From positions 1 to 25,913 of the forward strand of contig NW_021835663.1 of the NCBI RefSeq assembly GCF_006345805.1: DNA of 25,913 nucleotides, written 5' to 3'. The notes under the pieces were generated by a model. That model saw only the letters and a program-made list of their open reading frames with translations, had not been told where the DNA came from and searched no databases. Source of the stretch: Octopus sinensis (taxonomy: Eukaryota). Numbering within the stretch: the stretch's first letter is position 1; each line of letters opens with the position of its first letter. Shown one piece after another: positions 1 through 8,632 of the stretch. The translations under genes and the position numbers were made by a program.

Positions 1-15
1 ATGTATATATATATA

Positions 16-82
<67 letters not shown>

Positions 83-142
83 CGTCAGTGGATCATATAT
101 CCGAAGAAGAAGCACACTCTAAAACATATTAGAGCAGTAAAG

Positions 143-298
143 TATTTACCAGTAATCCGTTAAGGCTGGTCAGAGAGTGACCATTGGTTTCAGGTGAAAA
201 GCCACTGAGTCTGACGAGTTGCCTATACAGCCAAGCACTTTATAGGTGCGAAACCAATGGTCACTCTCTGACCAGCCTTAACAGATTACAGGTAAATA
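143..298. repeat. Fold-back inverted repeat, 49-bp arms (143-191 / 250-298), 2 mismatches; encloses and overlaps HHR-A; probable Penelope-like element remnant
   Basis: Direct reverse-complement comparison. The PLE assignment is inferred from the hammerhead plus inverted architecture. Confidence 0.85.
207..266 (+). ncRNA. Type I hammerhead ribozyme motif (HHR-A), predicted GUC cleavage after C262
   Basis: Stem I GAGT(207-210)/ACTC(263-266); core CTGACGA(211-217); stem II 218-249 closed by G-C with CCTATA/TATAGG; GAA(250-252); stem III ACCA-A-TGGT(253-261); C17 = 262. Confidence 0.8.
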
Positions 299-352
299 TA
301 TATATATATTATATATATATAAAAAATATATATATATATATATAAAAATATA

Positions 353-2611
353 TGCATGATCCGCTGGATGTGTAATGTCAGTGTGCACGCATGACAGAGT
401 GTAAGCACCCTGAGAGAAATGCTGGACATAAGAAGCATCAGATGTGGTGTGCAAGAGCGACGCTTGCGATAGTATGGTCATGTACTGCAGAGGGATGAGG
501 AGAGATGTGTGAAGAAGTGCCACTCCCAAACAGTTGAAGGTATCATGAAGGTATCAGGAAGGTTGAAGGTATCAGGAAGACATGGGATGAGGTAGTCAAG
601 CATGACCTCAGAGCGTTGGGCCTCACTGAGGCAATGGCGAAGGACCGAGATCTCTGGAGATATGCTGTGACTGCAAAGACCCGGGCTGCTTCCTGTACCA
701 GTTCTGCATAGCCCCCTGCCCATTCAAAGTACCCTGGATCCCAGAACGTCTCGCTGTGCTTGAGGAGACCTGTTGAGTCAAGTACATGAACATGAACATC
801 GAAATAAATATAAATATCAATGGAAATAGTAGTTGTGATACCTGTGCCAGTGGCACATAAAAAGCACCATCCGAACGTGGCCGATGCCAGTGCCACCCCG
901 ACTGGCTTCTGTGCCGTTGGCACATAAAAAGCTCCATCCGAACGTGGTCGATGCCAGCACCGCTCCAACTGGCTCCTCTGCCAGTGGCACATAAAAAGCA
1001 CCATCCGAACATGGCCGATGCCAGCGCCGCCCCGACTGGCTTCAGTGCCGGCGGCACATAAAAAGCACTATCTGAACGTGGCCGATGCCAGCGCCGCTCC
1101 GACTGGCTTCTGTGCTGGTGGCACATAAAAAGCACCATCCGAACGTGGCCGATGCCAGCGCCGGCCCGACTGGCTCCTGTGCCAGTGGCACATAAAAAGC
1201 TCCATCCGAACGTGGCCGTAAAAAGCACCATCCGAACATGTTGATGCCAGCGCCACCCCGACTGGCTGCTGTGCTGGTGGCACATAAAAAGCACCATCCG
1301 AACGTGGTGATGCCAGTGCCGCCCCGACTGGCTTCTGTGCCGGTGGCACATAAAAAGCACCATCTGAACGTGGCCGATGCCAGCGTTGCCCCGACTGGCT
1401 CCTGCGCCGGTGACACATAAAAAGCACAATCCGAACGTGGCTGATGCCAGCGCCGCCCCGACTGGCTCCTGTGCCATTGGAACATAAAAAGCACCATCCG
1501 AACGTGGCCGATGCCAGTGCCGCCCCACTGGCTTCTGTGCCGGTGGCACATAAAAAGCTCCATCCGAACGTGGCCGATGCCAGAACCGCCCCACTGGCTT
1601 CTGTGCCGGTGGCACATAAAAAGCACCATCCGAACGTGGCTGATGCCAGCGCCGCCCCGACTGGCTTCTGTGCCGGTGGAACATAAAAAGCACCATCCGA
1701 ACGTGGCCGATGCCAGAACCGCCCCGACTGGCTTCTGTGCCGGTGGCTCATAAAAAGCACCATCCGAACGTGGCCGATGCCAGCACCGCCACTACTGGCT
1801 TCAGTGCCAGTGGCACATAAAAAGCACCATCCAAACGTGGCCGATGCCAGCTCCGCTCCAACTGGCTTCTGTGCCAGTGGTTCATAAAAAGCACCATCCG
1901 AACGTGGCTGATGCCAGCGCCGCCACGACCGGCTCCTGTGCCAGTGGCACATAAAAAGCACCATCCAAACGTGGCCGTAAAAAGCACCATCCGAACGTGG
2001 CCGATGCCAGCGCCGCCCCGACTGGCTTCTGTGCCGGTGGCACATAAAAAGCACCATCCGAACGTGGCCGATGCCAGCGCCTCCCCGACTGGCTCCTGTG
2101 CCAGTGGCACATAAAAAGCACCATCCGAACGTGGCCGATGCCAGCACCGCCACTACTGGCTTCTGTGCCGGTGGCACATAAAAAGCACCATCCGAACGTT
2201 TTCGATGCCAGCCAGCGCCGCCGCCCCAACTGGCTTCTGTGCTGGGGCACATAAAAAGCACCATCCGAATGTGGCCAATGCCAGCGCCGCCCCGACTGGC
2301 TTCAGTGCCGGTGGCACATAAAAAGCACCATCCGAACGTGGCCGCTGCCAGCTTCCATGCCGGTGGCACGTTAAAAGCTCCAACCGATCGTGGCCGATGC
2401 CGGACCCCCTGGTAACTGTGCAGGTGGCACGTAAAAAGCACCCACTACACTCGCGGAGTGGTTGGCGTTAGGAAGCGCATCCAGCTGTAGAAACTATGCC
2501 AGATCAGACTGGAGCCTGCTGCAGCCCCTGGCTTCCCAGACCCCGGTCGAACCCTCCAACCCGTGCCAGCACGGAAAACGGACGTTAAACGATGATGATG
2601 ATGATGATGAT
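353..2611 (+). mobile_element. 5'-truncated RTE-clade LINE (family 1): ORF2 C-terminal remnant 353-711, 3'UTR with expanded minisatellite, (GAT)n tail
   Basis: The + frame reads MIRWMCNVSVHA*QSVSTLREMLDIRSIRCGVQERRLR*YGHVLQR...WDEVVKHDLRALGLTEAMAKDRDLWRYAV, typical of the RTE ORF2 C-terminus. It has two in-frame stops and a deletion in GRGRP. Confidence 0.82.
845..2440 (+). repeat. 67-bp GC-rich minisatellite, about 24 units plus 2 divergent terminal units; consensus GGCACATAAAAAGCACCATCCGAACGTGGCCGATGCCAGCGCCGCCCCGACTGGCTTCTGTGCCGGT
   Basis: The ATAAAAAGC anchor recurs at 991, 1058, 1125 and 1192 (period 67). Two 26-bp short units start at 1192 and 1951. Confidence 0.95.
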
Positions 2612-2683
2612 ATATATATCTGTATGTATATATATTTATATGCATATTGTAGATACTAAATCAATATATATATATGACACCTT

Positions 2684-2791
2684 TTTATTCATGAGGTGTT
2701 CTCTCTTAATACATATTGGCCAAATTTTGGCACAACGCCAGGGGAGCGATAGGTCAATTATATTGACTCCAATACTCAACTGGTATTTATT
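2684..2791 (-). terminator. First canonical AATAAA hexamers downstream of the FGFRL1 stop (2791-2786 inside a SINE; 2689-2684): candidate poly(A) signals
   Basis: Manual scan of 4047 down to 2680 for plus-strand TTTATT. Usage is untested. Confidence 0.3.
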
Positions 2792-2890
2792 TTATCGACC
2801 CCAAAAGAATGAAAGGTAAAGTCAACCTTGGTGGAATTTGAACTCAAAACGTAAAGACGGACAAAATGCCGCTAATTGTTCTGGCCACTT
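2724..2890 (-). mobile_element. tRNA-derived SINE (family S1), copy 1
   Basis: Minus strand has B-box-like GAGTTCAAATTCC and CTTTCATTCTTTTGGGGTCGATAAAATAA.TACCAG. Homologous to 7444-7627 and 12028-12180. Confidence 0.65.
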
Positions 2891-3041
2891 GCTGCTTTAT
2901 CTCTATTATTACATATTGATGATGTTAGATTTGTGGTTCGTGAATATATACACACATGTATATATGTATTGTGTGAGTAGGTAGATGTATATGATTAGTA
3001 TGTTGTATAGATGTCAGTTAAGTAACATACCTATCGTCTTC

Positions 3042-3072
<31 letters not shown>

Positions 3073-4047
3073 TAGCAAAGAGAAGTTTATCAAAAACTCT
3101 GCAAGAACGGGAAAGTATTGTAACATAAAATATTTGTAGGATTGGGGAGGGGAAGTTCGATGCCTGAAAATAGTTTCCATTGTCATATATATGTATAGCA
3201 GGACATTTCATATATATATATATATATGTTGTATATATATATATATATAGGGACATGTTATTCACATTTTACTGTGTGTTTATATATATATATTGTCTTG
3301 TATGTGCATATGTATATTGTGTGTGTCTACATCCGCACAGGCATATATCTATGGACAGGAAGAAACAAAACACACACACACACACATATATACACACGCA
3401 CACACACATATAAACACTTTTACATGCACTGGATACTTTTTCTCTCATTTGAAAATCTAAATGCAAATATACATGTGTGTGTGTATATATATATATATAC
3501 ACAAAACATACTAATAATATATATATATATACACAACATACTAATCATATACATATATATAGACACACATACACAAAATTATTGACACATAACTATCCAT
3601 ACATATATATATACCAGTGTATATACATACACACACACACATACACACACATACATATATATATATAAATGTGTATGCATGTATGTATGCATGTTAAAGT
3701 AAACAGATAGATATGTGTATATATACCTATATGTTGAGCAGTGTGTATATATATATACGAATGCAGGTATGTATATAATTCCACAGTTTCTGTGTTTTTT
3801 TCTATTTTTGTGTCAAATTTTCTTGGTTAGTTCCTTCTTCACGCCATCATTGCGTGCCTCCTCAAGGTCAGGAGTTTGGCAAGAGAGGACTTCAGAAGTG
3901 CTGCTCCCCCCACCCCATATTTTTGGTTGTCTTCAGCAGTTTTAGTTTAAGAATGGAGTCTGTCTGTGTGTCACAGATGGCACCCTGCCATGTCTATGTG
4001 CCTCTTCTCAGCTACTGTAAAAGAGTTTGTCTCTGGTTGTGTTGGCA

Positions 4048-4388
4048 TTAGTGACGGAGCGGAGGTATGGAGGACGATGCGATGCTAAAGCTGGAACTGC
4101 TGGACATACTACTGGAGCCAGCATGAATGTTTGGGGTGTGGTAGGCCGACATCTGTGGATAGTTGACTGGGTCCTCGTGGTGGCTGGTTGGTACATGTTC
4201 CAACTCAACATGTTCGTGGTTGGAGTTGTGTGAAGTCTGTGAACAGCGACAGTGGCATCGGTTACTATAGAGAAGGGCGATAGCTCCAGTAATAATGGCA
4301 AGCATAATAGCAGGAATCCAGATGTCCACGAAAAGGATTTTTGAAGTGGACGGAGTAATTTTTTGGTTTGGTCGAGAATGCTTTGGAT
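4048..4388 (-). CDS. FGFRL1: FGFRL1 terminal exon: stalk, TM helix (about 4338-4267), His/Ser-rich 72-aa cytoplasmic tail
   Basis: Acceptor ttttactccacag|AT gives DPK. Hydrophobic run ILFVDIWIPAIMLAIITGAIALLY, then TAA. Confidence 0.88.
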
Positions 4389-7300
4389 CTGTGGAGTAAA
4401 AGAAGAGAGAGAGAAAAGAGTTACAAAACAGTTTTAGATGTGTATGTATGTATGCATGCATGTATGTATGCATGTGTGAGTGTGTGTTTGTGCATATATG
4501 GGTGTATATATATATACTGAATGTTACGGAGTGACTCCGTATGATCAACTAAATATTGAGCAGCTGTTCATAGACTGTAGCAATGACCAAACAGTGTGAG
4601 CAATGTGTTCCCCAGCACTAGGGTTATCTAAAACCCTTGCGGGCAGTACTCCTGCATGGCCACAATTACTGGGTACAAGAATGGCTGTGTGGTTAAGAAG
4701 CTCACATCTCATGGTTCAATTGCACATTGAATGAAGCATTGGTTGAGGAAACTTGTGTACAAACACACTGGGGGTGGGGCTAATTCCTGGTGTTGAAGGG
4801 TAGATTTACTGTTGGGGTTTATCTTCCATCATTTGGCCCCTTGGCTGCCTTTAGTGTCATACAATCTGTTGCAAGTATAGGGACCAGGTCTCCAGTTGGA
4901 GGATAACTTCCTCCCATCATCCCATCAGCCTGCAGATCCTGAAAAAGGGTCATGGATTGGAGTGAAGTGGGAACTGCCCTTCCTCCAATCATGAAGGAAT
5001 TAAAAAAACAAACCCAAAAAAAATCGCAACAAAAATAAAGTCAAAAATACCTGGATGCACCTTCAGGAAAGCCTGTCGGCAGCTGAACCCAAAACTTGTG
5101 GCCCCTAAACATATGTATAACCCTGAATCTTCTGATGTAATCCTTTTTATCGTCAGTTTATTCACGTAAGAACCATCTGGTCGTTTCCAGTTCCCACCAG
5201 ACTTCAGTACAACAAATTTACGGCCTTTCACTTCAATGGTGTGGTTGACATTGGAAAGAGTGGACGGGTCATCGACCCATTTCAGCCACTGAAAACAAAA
5301 GGGAGAAACAGGGTTACATTTCTTGGAATGAGACATAAGATTAAAGATGGACATACAGATTGGAGAATATATATGTGTATGTGGTGTGTATGTGTGTGTG
5401 TATAGATAGACAGACAGATAGATAGATGTACATAAACATATACAAATAGTTGAATGTTTAGGTAAAAAGAGAGAAAGAGAGAGTTCAACCAACATACACA
5501 CAGACATACAATAGCTGTTAGACAGTGAGACATAAATAGTGTTAAGATAATTAATTGAGAGAGAGCAGGAAATACTTAATTAGATATTATTATATAACGA
5601 GCAAAATACAATATTAGTTGTTGATTTATCATGCTTTAATCAATTCATCAAATAAGGGAGATAACTGCAGACATGTTTGACTGTTATTAGAGCTCATCAG
5701 TGACTGTAGTAGTGATGGTGGGAGAATCACTGAGTGAACATATAATAATAAAGGAGAGTGTTGGGTGTAAACAACTAGAGGGAGGACATATCTGAGAAGC
5801 TGAGACATTAAACAAGTCAGATATATATACAAATAGTTTGGTCTATATTAACATACAATATACACATCATTGACCACAACACATACACACTTATATATAT
5901 ATACACTGTTTATATACACACACTACGCTGTACACTGACCACTATCTACACACACTGAACTTTGACTGCTTGACCTACAACACATTAATGCATTACCCCT
6001 CCCCCACTTCATATGTTTACCCCATCCCACCCTCATCCTGTTACTATAGCAACTCCCTCACATTAAAACAACTTGTTAACTTTCTCCTCTTTTGCCTCAT
6101 CACTTCCAAACTCAGCTAAACTCTTCACTTTATAAATTTATCATGGCCAACATAGAACCAACATCACAACCACCTGGGTTCCTCCCACTCTGGCTATTAC
6201 AGCTGTCACTGATATCTACAGGGTCCCACCTCCCCTCCCCTTATATTAGGGTACACACAGCATGTTACAATCACAAAGGATCACAGACAGTCAGCTGATG
6301 TAAGGGACCAGGTTCCTGATGTCTACTTAGTAGTTCTTCAGCTCCACTGACATAAGGCTACAAACACAATGTTACTACCCTAAACAAGGCTTACAAACAG
6401 CCTGATGTCTACTGGGTAAGTGAAAATGATGTGGTGGTGCGCATCATTTCCACTTACATTAAGATGCACAAAGTCTGTTATTGTCACAAGAACTTCATAG
6501 AAAGGGACTGAAGAATAATGAAATATATTGTGTCTAAAAGCCATCAAACTATGGCAGGAAAAATGACAGAAGAGCTAAAGTACCACCTTGCCAATCCTGG
6601 GTCAACCAAAACCATTTGTCATGAGCTCCAGAAAGCTGTGACTGATGTCAAAGTTGGACCAACTCCATATTACATAATAAAACTTTCATTTAACAAGGGG
6701 TTTTCATTATTTTGTCCAACTTGTGTAGATAATGCAGTCCTAGACATACACACACCATAAAACAAAGACAGGACAATCATAACTGGAATGTCTTGATCAG
6801 AGCCACCCTGGAACAAACCAACAAGCACAGTCTTACAATGAGATGACACATTGTGGAGTGGGGGGTGTAGAGCATCCTACTTTTATGAGAGGCTGGACTT
6901 CACTTTTGACATGACACTGGAACGAAGCTTGCTCTCCCCTTCGAGCCGTCTGGTTGAGGGGGTGTGGTGGAAGTAATTGCGGTTTTTCATGAACCTCTTC
7001 TGAAAAACAAATAGGATTGTGAAGAGAGGAAATAATAATAGTTTTCATGAGAGTTTCAGTAATGATGATGATGGTGATGGTGGTGGAAGTGGTGGTGACG
7101 ATGTTGGTGGTGGAAGTGGTGGTGATGATGATGGTGGTGGAAGTGGTGGTGACGATGATGGTGGTGGACGTGGTGGTGACGATGATGGTGGTGGAAGTGG
7201 TGGTGATGATGATGGTGGTGGAAGTGGTGGTGATGATGATGGTGGTGGAAGTGGTGGTGATGATAATGGTGGTGGAAGTGGTGGTGACGATGATGGTGAT

Positions 7301-8578
7301 GGGGACAGATAAACTTAGAGAGACAGGAATAAAATACAAGGAGAAATAAAAATGCTGTAATAATGGAGAAAAAATGTTCAAGACTGGAGACAAAGAGCTA
7401 AACAGGTGTAATAATAGATGTAATGATAGATGAAATGGTTGAAAATTTTGGCACAAGGCCAGAAATTCCGGGGGAGGGGATAAGCCAATTACAAGCCAAC
7501 CCCAGTGTTCAACTGGTACTTATTTTATCGACCCCAAAAGAATGAAAAGCAGTCAACTCTGGCAGAATTTGAACTCAGAACGTAAAAATGGACAAAATGC
7601 TGCTAAGCATTTTGCCCAGCATGCTACCTTAAGTAATAATATGATGATAGATGTAATGATAGATGTAATGATAGATGAAATGATGAATGTAATAACACAG
7701 AGAAATGAAGGTATATTTGAAGAGAGACGTATTTACTTACCGACGACTTCTAAAGAGTATGTGTAATTGATGGTACCATGGATATTAGTGACCACACAGG
7801 TGTACTGACCACTGTCCTCTTGTCGTAAATCATCAATCTTTAACGTCCAACGTGGTCTACTGTCCTGATAGTTCCCCATGTTATCAGATGTCCACATCTG
7901 ACCATTCTTCAGCCATTGTATCTCTGGCTGTGGGTTACCACTAGCTCGACATCGAAACCATATGGAACTACCAGCCGGGCGTGGGATCGCCTTTTTCTTC
8001 ATCTTACGCAGGTGCAGGAAACGGGGCTCAGCTTCAAAACAAAGAAAGGACCCTTTATTTTAAGGGGACAGACATATAAAAACAACTGGCCACACTGGTC
8101 AGTTCAACACACATCTACACACTTACAACTAATTGTATCGATGCTACTGGGGATGAGAAGAACTGTGAAGGTCTTGTGTATAGCCCCTTCCTATACATCC
8201 CACTCCATGAGGAAGGGTTAACTTAATCCGTAGGGGTGGTCATAATGTATCGTTGGTATATTTTTGTTGTTTCTTTCTGATCGTTAGGGATCACTCTAGG
8301 AGGGCTGCACTGGGCTCCAATTGTCTGTTTTGGCATGGTTCCTATGGTTGGATGCCCTGTTGGCATTAGGAAGGGCATCCAACAATAGAAACCATGCCAA
8401 AACAGACAATTGGAGCCTGGTGCAGCCCTCCGGCTTGACAGCTTCTGTCAAACCGTCTAACCCATGCCAGCATAGAAAATGGACGTTAAATGATGGTGAT
8501 GATATGACTGTCTTCTGTGCATATATGTGAATGTTGTAGAAGTGTTGTATACAACTCCCTCCCAGTATTGTTGTTTAC

Positions 8579-8632
<54 letters not shown>

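Noticed and set aside
82-135. CTGACGA on the minus strand (83-89) and CCGAAGA on the plus strand
   Set aside because: Truncated by (TA)n or lacking GAAA and matching stems; no ribozyme fold could be completed.
207-711. HHR-A acting as the 5' processing ribozyme of the adjacent RTE copy
   Set aside because: The RTE copy is 5'-truncated deep in ORF2 and separated by a (TA)n tract, so the adjacency is probably coincidental.
845-2440. CRISPR-like regular repeat array
   Set aside because: No unique spacers (whole units are homologous), no cas genes, eukaryotic context, and it lies within a LINE 3'UTR.
543-2441. Long overlapping ORFs (153-457 aa) as genes
   Set aside because: They are translations of the 67-bp repeat in shifting frames, and the same peptides recur in the ORFs at 12743-13563.
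6508-6535. CTGAAGA...GAAATATATT hammerhead-like string
   Set aside because: No stem I pairing (AGGGA versus GTGTC) and no stem II.
6833-7456. Thr/Ile-rich mucin-like insert in frame with the Ig3a exon, and the Gly/Asp-rich ORF 7019-7312
   Set aside because: Both derive from the intronic 27-bp repeat. The best upstream acceptor (exon start 7313) is 314 nt from 6999, so it is out of frame.
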